This document shows, one piece after another, positions 36,510 through 48,286 of a stretch of 64,000 nucleotides of DNA (positions are counted from its first letter, which is position 1; each line of letters begins with the position of its first letter). The notes under the pieces were generated by a model. The model was not told the origin of the DNA and searched no databases. It worked only from the letters and a program-made list of their open reading frames with translations. The translations under genes and the position numbers were made by a program. Origin of the DNA: Monocercomonoides exilis PA203 (Eukaryota; Protista; Preaxostyla); contig LSRY02000003.1 in assembly GCA_001643675.2 (NCBI GenBank), positions 124,001-188,000 on the forward strand, written 5' to 3'.

Positions 36510-36800
36510 ATTTTTATATAAATGGGGCAAAATAATCCACTTCATAAATTCTCATTGAAAAATTATGCACTTTTCGTTGACTTTTTAAGATCAAAAAATA
36601 TTATAAAAATATGTCCATTTTTTGACATTTGTGAAATGTTGGAAAACTTCATGTTTTGATTTCAACGATGCCTGTTTACGGATATGAAAATCAAATTTAT
36701 TTTGAAATCTGAGAAAGCGAAATAAAGTTTTGAGTAAAACAATTTATTTGTTCTTTTAGCAAAAAAAGCTTGAAAGTCCATATTTTTCCCCAAATAAATT
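36510..36800 (-). repeat. ~290-bp dispersed repeat, copy B (inverted relative to 12500-12790)
   Basis: Reverse complement aligns by eye with 12500-12790, with moderate divergence. Confidence 0.75.
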
Positions 36801-36854
36801 TAAATTTTCTGTTTAATAATTGACTTCATTTTTTGTTTTATTTTTAATTTCTTG

Positions 36855-37013
<159 letters not shown>

Positions 37014-37174
37014 TGCATAGTCGATTTGTTTGTGAATCTTTAGTGAAACGGGAACAAAATAATGTGTTGTTTTGTTCGATACAAATAATTATTACATGCA
37101 AACAAACACAAAGAATGAAACAAATTTGATAATTCTTTGAAAAAGACACTCACAATAATATTTCCAAAAATTAC

Positions 37175-38161
37175 ACCATTAATTATTCAAATTTGGTTAA
37201 CTTATTATTCGAAATTGGTCAACTAATTATTCAAAATTAATAAACTAATTATTCTATTTTGGTAAACTAATTATTCGAAGTTATTTAATTTATTACAAAA
37301 TTGTTAAACTTATTATTCGAAATTGGTAAACTTCTTATTCAAAATTAATAAAATTGAGTATTTTTTGAAAAAAAATTTTTTTTGTGTTAAGCCTTCCATT
37401 GATTGAGTGTCGAAAAGTGATTAAAATATCATATTCAGTCAATGTTCAAAATATTGATGAGAAATTGAACCTCTAATTTTATTATTTGTGAATTAACATG
37501 AAAATTTCCGATTTTTCAGAAAAAAATCATCATCATGGAAATCGGATTATCTTTGAATTATTTTGCCTCACATTGTCAGATTTCACATTATTCTTTCATA
37601 AAAATATTACTTGCATAAATACAAGATCATGAAAACATTAATTTTTCATAATTTAATAAATTGATATAAGCACTTTCATAATTTTTCATTTGTTTTTATC
37701 CATCCTCCGAATATTATAAAATGAAAATATAATATCATTATTGCAAAATGTGAAATCTGACAATGTGAGGCAAAATAATTCAAAGATAATCCGATTTCCA
37801 TGATGATGATTTTTTTCTGAAAAATCGGAAATTTTCATGTTAATTCACAAATAATAAAATTAGAGGTTCAATTTCTCATCAATATTTTGAACATTGACTG
37901 AATATGATATTTTAATCACTTTTCGACACTCAATCAATGGAAGGCTTAACACAAAAAAAATTTTTTTTCAAAAAATACTCAATTTTATTAATTTTGAATA
38001 AGAAGTTTACCAATTTCGAATAATAAGTTTAACAATTTTGTAATAAATTAAATAACTTCGAATAATTAGTTTACCAAAATAGAATAATTAGTTTATTAAT
38101 TTTGAATAATTAGTTGACCAATTTCGAATAATAAGTTAACCAAATTTGAATAATTAATGGT
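37175..38161. repeat. Long inverted repeat: 415-bp arms (37175-37589 and 37747-38161) with a 157-bp spacer; foldback-like
   Basis: The arms are reverse complements with no mismatch seen, including the A8/T8 runs. The outer ~180 bp of each arm consists of about eight ~22-bp tandem units (e.g. tattattcgaaattggtcaact). Confidence 0.95.
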
Positions 38162-38255
38162 TTATTTGCCTTTTTCAACTGATGAAATATTCGATCGAAA
38201 AGAAATAAAAAAAGTTGAAAAATAATCGTACTTAGAATTATGGGCTTTTGAAGGG

Positions 38256-38368
38256 TGTTGATCATATTCTTTTCAAATTTATCCGGTTTTGACTGTTCGC
38301 CAAGATGCAGCCCTTCATTTATCAGAAAGCTCAAAAAAAAAAAAAAAAAAAAAAAAATTGTTGATCAT
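38256..38368 (+). mobile_element. Candidate short retroposed insertion (67 bp + A25) with 10-bp direct repeats
   Basis: tgttgatcat at 38256-38265 and 38359-38368 flanks a segment ending in A25 (38333-38357). Confidence 0.4.
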
Positions 38369-38579
38369 TTTGAAATAAAAAAGAAATATAAAAAAAAATT
38401 CACCTTTGCAAGTAATATCTTATCAACCATTTTTTTCTTATGTTATGCTAAGTTCGAACTTATGTTCAGCCTTACCCAGCTGCCAAAAACCAAATTGTCA
38501 AAGTGAAAAAAAGATTCAAAATCAAAGAGAAATGCCAACGAGATCTTTCCAAAAAAATTTTTTTAATTATTAAGTACCA

Positions 38580-41500
38580 CTTCTCAATAAATTTGTTTCG
38601 AATAACATATAACACTTTTCATTGATAAAACATTTTGATATGATTTAAAAAGGACAACAAAAATCAACTGATAATAACATCTAACTTTTCAGATAAGAGG
38701 CATTTGTATTTCAGAACCTCAACCAACTATTTCCTTTTCAATCTCCATCATAAATCTGTGAGCCTTGAAAGGGAAAGAAAAGAGGAAACAAACACCTTTC
38801 TCAATCTCCTTCCCCTCCAAACTCACAAATCGATGAACACATATTCAAGGTGATAAGAATTGACTTCAAACAAAAACATCAGAAATTACAAGAAAATGTT
38901 CAAAGAAAAACAGTCACTCAAAACAATGCAATGACAAAAAATCTCAGGACAGCAGCCAATATCACACCATCGTCAAATTGTGCTTTGACAAACAGTGCAA
39001 CACAAACTCGTCCATGTGTGAAACGAAAACGAAAACGAAAACAAAAACAAAAACAAGAAATTAACCTCCTCAATAATAAATGCGAATGAAAAATCAGTCT
39101 CAACCAAAACAAAGTTGCTGAGCATTCTTTTCTCCTTTCCAAGCCATATGCTGCCAATGCTTCAATTGAAAGCATGCCTGCAGCTGTATGCCCATGAACT
39201 CATTCGAAAAACGTTGTTGTATGAATATAAATATAAATATAACAAAGAAGAAGAAGAAGAAATATGCCGGAAGTAATCAACAAAAAATAAAGATTTAGAA
39301 ACTCAAACATATACGCAAGATATATGCCTGTTCAAAAAAAGACTATTTATCACACGCACTTCAACCCTCATTGAAGCACTTTTCAAACAAAATAAGATGT
39401 GAAATTCTCAACAAATCAAACACACAAAAAATAAATATATAAACACTCAAAAATCACTAAATTCTGAATAAACTTCAAATAAACAAAAAACAAAATACAA
39501 TGTGAAAGCAAAAGCAATCAACGAAAATATCTCTTTCATTTTCATATCTTTCAAATTCATTCCTTCATAAAGCAGGATCCGCAAACGCACCTTTCATCTC
39601 AGTGTGTTCTCATTCACCATTCTCACATCTTTTTCTCTTTGTTTTGTTCATTTCCCCTTTCATCTCATTTTTTTCTCAATTGCATTCCCCTTCCTTCCCT
39701 TTCTTGCCTTCCTTCTCATCCATCTCATCCCCTTCATCCCCCTCTTCTCTTCGTGTTTCCACCACCTCCACTGCATCTGACATCGTCATCACCAATGCAT
39801 CCTTCGGGAAGTGCGAAATCAGCTCCCGCTTCACTTCCACAAGTGTCATCCTCCTCGAAGCCTCCTGCTCCACACACCCTTTCACAACACTCCAAAGCGA
39901 AGACCCCTCTGCACCAGCCATGCTCGGCATCTCAAACATCCCAATCTTCTCCCCTGCCACCTCTGCTGGATATTCTCCAAACGGTATCTCCAGTGTCAGG
40001 CACTCCCACAGCATCATCCCAATCGAGAATGCCACTGACTCCTTTGTTGCTCCCATCTTCTTGTTCATCTGCAGCTCGGGCGCCTTCCACCTCAGGCACT
40101 CTTTTTTGAAACTATCTTCATCCTCAAACGCAGATGAGGGCAGAGAGTCATCATCATCATCATCACTGGCAGATGTGGCAATAGTTGACGATGAGATTGA
40201 GGATGAATCGGAATCATCATCTGACAAAAAGTCAGAATGCATCACAATGCAGATCACCATGTGTTCTGAGAATAGAACAATGTGCGGACTCAGATTGGCT
40301 AGTGACTGAAGTGGATTTTCCATTTCATCAAAGGAGTGGAGAGCGAGATTAGCCACCCAGAACAGGATCTGAGCAGCTGTTTGCTCCCTTTCCTTCAAGG
40401 AGCCAATCGGCATCTCCTTTGTCTTGTTGCTTCCATGTAATAACATGAACAGCGAATCTCTCAGATCCACAATCAGCTTCTCATGTGGTGAAGAGCACGC
40501 CATTGCATCCACAAGGTTTGACATCGATGAGGTGGTTGGACACAGATCCTCTCCTCGAACAAATGTGGATTCAGTGTCTGAAGTGTCTGTTGTTGAAGTG
40601 GATGAAATGGATGGTGATGGAGTTCTCTTTCTTGTCTCTTCTTCTTCTTCCTCTTCCACCTTCTCCAATGCCCAATCAGGGATCTTGTCTGAATCTCTCC
40701 CCAAGATGTATTCAGTGGAGTCACTCTCAGACAGAAGGTGCTCTGACGACTCCGAGTGCCCCAAACTTTTCTCATACACTCTCTTCTTTATCCTCTCTTC
40801 ATTCTTCTTCTCAGCCTCTCTCTCTGCTCTCCTCCACTGCTCTTCAGGTGACATCTCCATCGTAACCATCTCAAATGCCTTCGGATCCTTTTTCACTGTG
40901 TCATTCACAATCTCTTCCAATTCTTCTGATCTTCTCTTTTGCTTTTTCCAGCGAACAATAAAAGCAACTGCAATGATCAGAACAATCAATAGCACAATTA
41001 AAACAATGGCAATCACAATCCATAGCAAACGTGCTTGATTTCCTCCCTCTGATATTCTCTCATCTCCTTTTAATTTGGGATCACTTGCATTCTTCAGAAT
41101 GAATGAATTTGCTGATGAAGGAGATTCTGCATTCCCAAATAAAACATGCACACTCACCTCAATTTCATTTCCACAACTGCTGATGAGATCTTTTGTAACA
41201 CTCCCTTCAATTTCTCTCTCTGACAAAAATCCATTTGAATCAAAATCATGCTTTTCAATCTCCTTTTCTTCTCCTTTTCTCTTCACAATTGAGAATGACA
41301 GATTGCATGGAATAAGAAGCATCCCTTTGAATGTCAGCTTCATTCTATCTGTCTCTTCTTTTGCTTCCACACTCTCCAGCACAGGAATGAAGAATGATGA
41401 ATCCCTTTCTGAAAAAATCCCTTCAAAACTGCATCCATCATTCAACATCCAAAGTGAAGTATTTCTCTCCAATCCATCTCCTCCTTTCAGACTCATCACA

Positions 41501-44500
41501 TTCAATGTTCCAAAATCTGAACAGATGATATTTCTTCTCAGTGATGTGTATCCTTCAATTGATGGATTATTGTTTTCAAATCTTCCATCATTAACAGTCA
41601 TTTCCCCTCCACTCATTGCTATTCCACCATCTGGTGAATTCGAGATTGTTGTATCTTTCATCAAAACAGAACTCTTCACAACATCCACAACAGATCCTTC
41701 CCATCTGCACATCTCTTCTTCTCTATTCAAATATTGCACATTTCTTTCCTTTGAACTTCCATCAAAAACGCAACTGTCCATTTTCACATCCAAACAATTC
41801 TCCAATTTCATCAATTTGCCTTTTGTGGTCTTTGAACTTGTTCTCTCCATTGTGCAATTTGTCAACTGAATTGTCTTTTTCATTGACAGGCACGATATCA
41901 ACGATTCATCATTTCCTTCAACCGAGATGTTTTCTGTATTGAAATCCTTTATTGTTAATTGCCCGCATTCATTAATATCTAACAGAGATGTTTCTATTGT
42001 TGAATTGCAAATCGTTAATGAATCAATGACTGATTGAAGTGGTGATGAAAGATATAATACAGATTCATGAAGAATGAGATTTGATATTTCGCTTCCATCA
42101 AGTTGTAATTCTCCTTTTTCCATATCAAAAATATGAAATGGAACGTTTGCAAATTCTGCGTTAACTCCTTCCGTTGATTGCTTTGTAGTGAACGAGCAAT
42201 TCATCACTTCAATAATCCCTCCTTCTGGTGATATTAATGATTCATGTGTGGAAGCGAAATTCGAATCAAATACAAAGTTCACTCTCAACAATGAGACCGT
42301 TCCAGTTGTTATCACCAATGCATTTCTTGTCTTTTCAATTCCTGATTTCACTTCAACTTCACATAAACCTCTGCTCTTTGAACTCAAACTCATTTCCTTC
42401 AGATTTATCTCTTCCTCAATTAAACTCCCTTCTATCACGAGTATTTGACTAATCAGCTCTGAAGTCAGATGAGTCATTCCATGATTAATTGAGTAACAAG
42501 GTAGAATGTTCGTTCCACATTGCCTATCATCCGATCCATTCAAGCTGTTCACGATGATTGTGTCACTCTGATGGATTGTCACAAATCCTATCAGATCAGC
42601 GTCACTTGTATAATCACAGTCATCTCTTCCAAATATTGCATTACTACGATTGTAGTTGCCTTCTCGAAGATCAAACTGAAATTGCCTTTCGTTGATTTGC
42701 GATGTGATGTTATAACATTCAATGAAAATATCATTTCCCACTCTTGCTGTGTTTGCACTGAACTTCATTCCCACAAATGAAAAATTCAATTCCCCTCGTT
42801 CTTTTGTCACCAGATACACTCCTCCTCCTTTCCCTGTGGAGTCGCTGCAGCTGCAATGGCTGATTGTTGAGTCAATCATCTTCATTGATCCAGATGCACC
42901 CAACGTGAAGAATATTGCCCCTCCTTTTTCACTATATTCTGCCTTATCTTCTGTGATGTTGCTCTCATTCACAACCAAATCGATCTTTTTCTCACTCTTT
43001 GACTCCAAAAGGCTCGCTCCATTGTCGCTCCTCTTCACTCCTGAAAACGATGAATTGTCAATTTTGAGACTCATTTCCTCGCTCACTTCATATATCTTTG
43101 CTGTTGAATTTGGTCCTTTGATTGACAAAAGACATCCTCTGCTTTCATTTAATGATTCCACACGAATATTCATCAAGTTGCAAGAAACTACAGCATCATG
43201 AACAACAAAAATACTGTTTCCAACATTGCATGCTTCAATCGACAAATCATTCACTTCCACACTTCCTCCAATCACATCCACAAAGACACAATCAAATCCA
43301 TTGTTCACTCCTGCTTCTGAATGGAATGCACATCCAGTTATCACCAATTCTCCATTTTTGTTTGAAATAATCGTTTTTGCTGAGTTGTCAAATCCAGATG
43401 TTAGTTGGAGCTGGATGTTTGATAATTCAAGATGAATATCATTTTCCATGAAATATTCCAGTTGACTTCCAATTGTCTTTTCAAAATTCAATGTTGCTTT
43501 TGTATCTTCCTCTCCCATCTTCACATCCTTTTTGATCTGATAATTGGACACATCATATGAATCTCGAATAAATGTTGATCCTTCAATCTGAATTGTTTTC
43601 AAATTATCTCCCTCTTTCATGTTTTCCATCCCTTTCCACATTGTGAAGCATGGCTCTTCTTCACTTCCACAACGCGCCACATCAAATCCATTCGATGAGA
43701 TAAATATTTCAATGGAGCTGTATGGAACGAGGAACATGAATAAATCTTTGTTTGAATGAAAGTTGTCACTTCCAACAAACAAATTCTTTTCGTCTTTCAT
43801 TGAGGAATAATCAAACTTGAATGAGTCATTTGTCACAGACGTATTGAAATATTTTCCCTTAATGAACATGTTCTTTCCAATGGCTGCTTTGTTATTTTCA
43901 AAAGTGAGGTCAACATCAAAAAGAAATGGTTTTTCATTCAAACAATTTTGACAATCCAAATGCAAGAATCCTCCTTTTCCATTGCCTGATGAAAGTGAGC
44001 AAGATAAAACATTTGTTGATTTAATGATCAAATCTTCATCATTTTTTAATGTCACTCTTGCAACACCTCCTTCTTCACCGCTTCCAGTGTTCACAATATT
44101 TGAAAAGTTGCTGTTTTCAAACAAAACAGAAGAAGCCATCACCAATGAAGACTTGATAAATGAACAATCTGCCAAACTGCATCCTTTCAATGTGCAACTT
44201 CCACTTGTTGTTGTTATCAACGAGTATTGAATGGTTGTTGATGATTGGATATCAAATAAACAGTTTACGAGCTCAAGATCTCCACTCGATGAGATCAGCG
44301 TATTCATATTTGGCTTAAATTGACTTGGAATCTGTAACTTCAAAGACAACAAGCCGAGTGGCTGAATTGATGAAATAACAGATGAAGTTAATTCAGAATT
44401 CCCTTTGATTGTCCCTTTAAAATGAATAGGTCTGTGTTTGGTTTCATCTCCATCAATCACACATCCATCAATCACAAGTGCATCTGTGAATGAATAAACA

Positions 44501-47500
44501 TCTTCAATTGTCCCTTCATCCCTCACTTTCACTGTCCTTTCTCCTTCTGTCTCACTTCTGTCAATGTGGTCAATTCCACTTTTCATCGTTTGGCATGGGA
44601 ATATTTCATCTCCACACCCCAAAGTGTCATGCCCACCAGTCGACACAGACACCTCCACCCACTTCAGAGAAACAAGAAACACTCGAAGATCCAGTTCCCC
44701 ATATTTCCCATCTTCCCCAACAAATGCATTCCCATCCTCCTTGTAATCTGTGCAATCAAATGCAAAACGCTCTGTATTCACAGTGTTCACCAGATTCCCA
44801 CTCTTTACAAACATGTTCTTCCCAACAGTTGCCCTGCACCCAGAAAATGATATCGATGAAAGTTGAAATCCGACTTCATTCAGACTGCAATCCAAATATA
44901 TTCCTCCTCCTTTTCCTCCATCGCTGGCATCTTCATTCACGCAGCAGATGGAGAAGGTGGAATCACTCACCGAAAATGTGTTGGTAGAGGTGGATGAGGC
45001 GAGTGAGATGCACCCGCCATTGGTGGCAGTCTGTTGGCTGAACTGTTCTGAGTTGATGTTGGTGATGGTGCAGTTGGCGAGGGAGAGGGAGAGGGCAGGG
45101 GAGGTGGCAGAGGAGAGGACACAGCTGGCTGGAGTGGCTGTGGAGGTGATATCGGTGATGTTGGAGGAGTTGAGGGTGAGGGGAGCGGTAAGGGAGGTGA
45201 GGTGGAAGATGCTCTGGCTGTTGAGGGCGAGACAAGTGATTGCTGTGTGGTTGAGGGCGAGGGAGCCAGCAGTGAGGAAGAAGAGAGGTGTTTCTATTGT
45301 TATGGAGGTTGTTCCGGTGATGGTGGTTGTGTTGAGGTTGAGGGAAGGGGAGTTTTGGGAGAGGTGGAAGAGGATGGGGGTGATGGTGTTTGTGGAGTTG
45401 TGAGCGATGGCGAGGGCAGAGACTGTGAGGGAGCCCTGGGTCTGTTGGAAGAGGGCAGACGAGGCAGATGGATCTGGTGAAGAAGATGTTGATGTTGATG
45501 ATGTTGATTGTGATGACTGTGAATGTGAGTTTGATGGTTGGGGAATGCCACTGGAGGCTATGAAAGTGGCATCTGTACCATTTCCAGTGATTTTTGTATT
45601 TGGTGCACGAAATGTGAGAGTCTTTGTGGGAGTGAAAGTGGAGATGAGAAGAGAGAGGGAGGCATCGCTGAAGGGAGCAACGCACCCGAGGGCATACTCC
45701 ACAGTGGCGCATGGACTTTGCTGTGTTTTGCCACAGGCATCAGCATCACTTCCACCATTTGCAACGATTTTGTTCTGGTTGATGATCGGAAGCCAGCTGT
45801 TGAATACAGAGTTATCAGCTGTTTCTGCATTCCATACCCTTTTTGATGGGGTTGTTGATCCACAATTTTCAAATGGAGATTGAGCGATATTGCTTCCATT
45901 GAAGAACACATCATTCCCTCTGCCGTTTGTAGCTGTATTTCCATCGAAAAAACAGAACGAGATGAATTTAATTCCATTCATCCAGGAATAAGTTGAATGA
46001 AAATAAATGCCAGCTCCACCATAGGTAGTTGACGAACTTGTCAATTTGTTATTAATAAATTGGCAATCATCAATCAAAAACTGAATAGGTGTTTGACTTG
46101 GTGGATTTGCAATTGCCAATGAACCAGCAGAAACACCACCAGAATTTGAGATGCACTTGCATTTGGAAAACAGAAATTGAATAGTTGTTGGAAAATTATC
46201 GATTGCAAAATACCAACCAGTTCCGCACCAATTTGTTATTATGCAATTTTCGACTCTGTTTTCTGAGAATGAATAAATAGAATTTGATTGTGGCCAGCCG
46301 ACATAACCAGCTCCTCCAGAAGCAGCCGAACAGCTTGTGAAATTAGATTTTACGAAATTGACTTTTGACAAATTATCGCAATATAACGCTCCACCATTCC
46401 AATAACTTGAACAATTGTTGAACGAACAAGAAGTGATTGTGAGATTTGCGTTCGTGCAAACAACATAAAGAGCACCGCCGTTACTTGACCCACTATTTGA
46501 ATCATTCCATTCACACCATTCGAAGAGATAGCTATTCAAATCAGTAAAGGGCAAACGACTTAATTCCTTTTTTTGAGTTTCAGATCCGTTGTATTTTACA
46601 GCAGCATTTGAAGAAGATCGAGTTTGGTGAAGAAAAGAGGCATTGAAGGCAGAGAGAGAAGTGGATGGGCTGTTAAGGGAAGGGAGAATGGCACCATCGA
46701 TGGGGTTGTGGGTGTGGAGGAAGATGGTTGAGTGGATGGAGAGGGATGAGTGAAGAGAGAATGAGGGAATTGAATTGGTGTTGGAGTTGGTGGAAGAGGA
46801 AGTGGAAGAAGAGGAAGAGGCGGTTGAGATGAATGAATTGAGTGAGTGTGAGGGAAGGGATGGAAGAGATGGATGGGATTGGGGAGAGGAGATGTTGGAG
46901 AAGAGGGTGTTTGAGAGATGGAGATTGAGGTGGATTTGGAGGTGGGGATGGGATTGGTGATGGATATGGAGAGGGGAAGGGGAAGAGAAAGAGGAAATGG
47001 AAGGGGAAGGAGAAAGGGAAGAAGAAGGAGAAGAAAAAGAAGAGGATGAGGATGAGGATGAGGATGATGAAGGAGAAGAGGAAAGGGAAGGAGATGGAGA
47101 AGGGGATGGGGAAGAGAGGGAAGAAGGAGAAAAAAGGAAAGGCTGGGTGAGGGAGATGAAGGAGGAGAAAGAGGAGTGGGAGATGGAGAAGGTGGCAGGG
47201 ATCGGGGAGTGGGGATCTGAGAGGAGATTGTTTGGGGTGGAGAAGAGGGGGAAGGAGAGGATAGCAGGTTGGTGGGTGATGAGGGAGAAGTTTGTGAGGG
47301 CGAGGGAGGCATGGGCAGAGAGGAAAAGTGGAGATTTTGTTGCTGGGTTGACTTGGCAAGTGGAGGAACAGATGGTGGCAGCTGAATGTTGCTGAGAAGT
47401 GAGGAGTGGACAACCGCTGAGAGGGATGATGTTGAGATGGGTCACACACAAGGAGGAGTTGATGATTTTTAGACTTGTTTGAATGCTGTAAATGTAATTG

Positions 47501-47765
47501 CCAACTGTATTTTCATTTGTTGCTGCATTGTTGCCAAAATAATTGTTATATTCTCTTTTTCCATTTTCAATGTTGATCTTGCCTTCCTGCATTTCTTTGT
47601 TCCATTTTTGATGATATGGCCTTTTTGCGATGCCTTCGTCATTACAGCAATTGACAACAAGTAACAATAATACAACAATATTTACCTTAGCTCTCATGTG
47701 GAGATGTGTATCGATATGGATGTGGATGCAGGAAAAATGGAGAAATGAAAAATTCCAGCGCCCAT
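38580..47765. repeat. Segmental duplication, copy 2
   Basis: Collinear, same-orientation match to 711-9895. Confidence 0.95.
39676..47697 (-). CDS. Giant single-pass receptor-like protein with beta-helix ectodomain and pseudokinase tail (paralog of 1850-9826)
   Basis: Intronless 2673-aa ORF with the same architecture and motifs as copy 1. Confidence 0.88.
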   Translation of the reverse strand: MRAKVNIVVLLLLVVNCCNDEGIAKRPYHQKWNKEMQEGKINIENGKREYNNYFGNNAATNENTVGNYIYSIQTSLKIINSSLCVTHLNIIPLSGCPLLTSQQHSAATICSSTCQVNPATKSPLFLSAHASLALTNFSLITHQPAILSFPLFSTPNNLLSDPHSPIPATFSISHSSFSSFISLTQPFLFSPSSLSSPSPSPSPSLSSSPSSSSSSSSSSSFSSPSSSLSPSPSISSFSSPSPLHIHHQSHPHLQIHLNLHLSNTLFSNISSPQSHPSLPSLPSHSLNSFISTASSSSSTSSSTNSNTNSIPSFSLHSSLSIHSTIFLHTHNPIDGAILPSLNSPSTSLSAFNASFLHQTRSSSNAAVKYNGSETQKKELSRLPFTDLNSYLFEWCEWNDSNSGSSNGGALYVVCTNANLTITSCSFNNCSSYWNGGALYCDNLSKVNFVKSNFTSCSAASGGAGYVGWPQSNSIYSFSENRVENCIITNWCGTGWYFAIDNFPTTIQFLFSKCKCISNSGGVSAGSLAIANPPSQTPIQFLIDDCQFINNKLTSSSTTYGGAGIYFHSTYSWMNGIKFISFCFFDGNTATNGRGNDVFFNGSNIAQSPFENCGSTTPSKRVWNAETADNSVFNSWLPIINQNKIVANGGSDADACGKTQQSPCATVEYALGCVAPFSDASLSLLISTFTPTKTLTFRAPNTKITGNGTDATFIASSGIPQPSNSHSQSSQSTSSTSTSSSPDPSASSALFQQTQGSLTVSALAIAHNSTNTITPILFHLSQNSPSLNLNTTTITGTTSITIETPLFFLTAGSLALNHTAITCLALNSQSIFHLTSLTAPLTLNSSNITDITSTATPASCVLSSATSPALSLSLANCTITNINSEQFSQQTATNGGCISLASSTSTNTFSVSDSTFSICCVNEDASDGGKGGGIYLDCSLNEVGFQLSSISFSGCRATVGKNMFVKSGNLVNTVNTERFAFDCTDYKEDGNAFVGEDGKYGELDLRVFLVSLKWVEVSVSTGGHDTLGCGDEIFPCQTMKSGIDHIDRSETEGERTVKVRDEGTIEDVYSFTDALVIDGCVIDGDETKHRPIHFKGTIKGNSELTSSVISSIQPLGLLSLKLQIPSQFKPNMNTLISSSGDLELVNCLFDIQSSTTIQYSLITTTSGSCTLKGCSLADCSFIKSSLVMASSVLFENSNFSNIVNTGSGEEGGVARVTLKNDEDLIIKSTNVLSCSLSSGNGKGGFLHLDCQNCLNEKPFLFDVDLTFENNKAAIGKNMFIKGKYFNTSVTNDSFKFDYSSMKDEKNLFVGSDNFHSNKDLFMFLVPYSSIEIFISSNGFDVARCGSEEEPCFTMWKGMENMKEGDNLKTIQIEGSTFIRDSYDVSNYQIKKDVKMGEEDTKATLNFEKTIGSQLEYFMENDIHLELSNIQLQLTSGFDNSAKTIISNKNGELVITGCAFHSEAGVNNGFDCVFVDVIGGSVEVNDLSIEACNVGNSIFVVHDAVVSCNLMNIRVESLNESRGCLLSIKGPNSTAKIYEVSEEMSLKIDNSSFSGVKRSDNGASLLESKSEKKIDLVVNESNITEDKAEYSEKGGAIFFTLGASGSMKMIDSTISHCSCSDSTGKGGGVYLVTKERGELNFSFVGMKFSANTARVGNDIFIECYNITSQINERQFQFDLREGNYNRSNAIFGRDDCDYTSDADLIGFVTIHQSDTIIVNSLNGSDDRQCGTNILPCYSINHGMTHLTSELISQILVIEGSLIEEEINLKEMSLSSKSRGLCEVEVKSGIEKTRNALVITTGTVSLLRVNFVFDSNFASTHESLISPEGGIIEVMNCSFTTKQSTEGVNAEFANVPFHIFDMEKGELQLDGSEISNLILHESVLYLSSPLQSVIDSLTICNSTIETSLLDINECGQLTIKDFNTENISVEGNDESLISCLSMKKTIQLTNCTMERTSSKTTKGKLMKLENCLDVKMDSCVFDGSSKERNVQYLNREEEMCRWEGSVVDVVKSSVLMKDTTISNSPDGGIAMSGGEMTVNDGRFENNNPSIEGYTSLRRNIICSDFGTLNVMSLKGGDGLERNTSLWMLNDGCSFEGIFSERDSSFFIPVLESVEAKEETDRMKLTFKGMLLIPCNLSFSIVKRKGEEKEIEKHDFDSNGFLSEREIEGSVTKDLISSCGNEIEVSVHVLFGNAESPSSANSFILKNASDPKLKGDERISEGGNQARLLWIVIAIVLIVLLIVLIIAVAFIVRWKKQKRRSEELEEIVNDTVKKDPKAFEMVTMEMSPEEQWRRAEREAEKKNEERIKKRVYEKSLGHSESSEHLLSESDSTEYILGRDSDKIPDWALEKVEEEEEEETRKRTPSPSISSTSTTDTSDTESTFVRGEDLCPTTSSMSNLVDAMACSSPHEKLIVDLRDSLFMLLHGSNKTKEMPIGSLKEREQTAAQILFWVANLALHSFDEMENPLQSLANLSPHIVLFSEHMVICIVMHSDFLSDDDSDSSSISSSTIATSASDDDDDDSLPSSAFEDEDSFKKECLRWKAPELQMNKKMGATKESVAFSIGMMLWECLTLEIPFGEYPAEVAGEKIGMFEMPSMAGAEGSSLWSVVKGCVEQEASRRMTLVEVKRELISHFPKDALVMTMSDAVEVVETRREEGDEGDEMDEKEGKKGKEGECN

Positions 47766-48286
47766 ACTATTTAAAATTTTAGTTTTAGAAATTTATAAGA
47801 ATTCTTGCATTTTTGAAAAATTCAATGATTTGTTCCAAAAATTTTCTGCTTCGAATAACTTCAATTCTGACATTCTCTTGCAAAATAAAATATGTAAATA
47901 CAAAAAAGTTGAGAAACATTTTAGAATGAACTGTGTGGTACAAAATTCATCAAACATAAAATTTTGTACCAAGTAATTATTATTAAATTTTTGTGTAAGA
48001 CAATGAACGAAGATTTTTTCAACATTTGTGTCAAATACGTCCTTTTTATGCAATATTTGTTAATTTTACACTTTTCATTGATATTGAACAGTTGTGATAA
48101 AATTCTTTCTGCATATATTTGAAATTTGTATAGTAAAAATCAGAAATATCCAATACAATATAAAGTTTATTTATGCATTTTATAAGTGGATATTTTAACC
48201 ATTAAAAAAAACTTAATAATAATTTGAGTTTCATTTTGGTTGATTTTATCAGAAAATTAATTAGAATATTTTCGAGTTTGAAATTT

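Noticed and set aside
12500-36800. Single 24-kb transposon bounded by the inverted 290-bp repeats
   Set aside because: The copies are diverged, further fragments lie outside them, no TSD was seen, and the interval holds ordinary housekeeping genes.
37175-37355. CRISPR-like array
   Set aside because: The 22-bp units are directly tandem and degenerate, with no unique spacers and no cas genes, and the context is eukaryotic.
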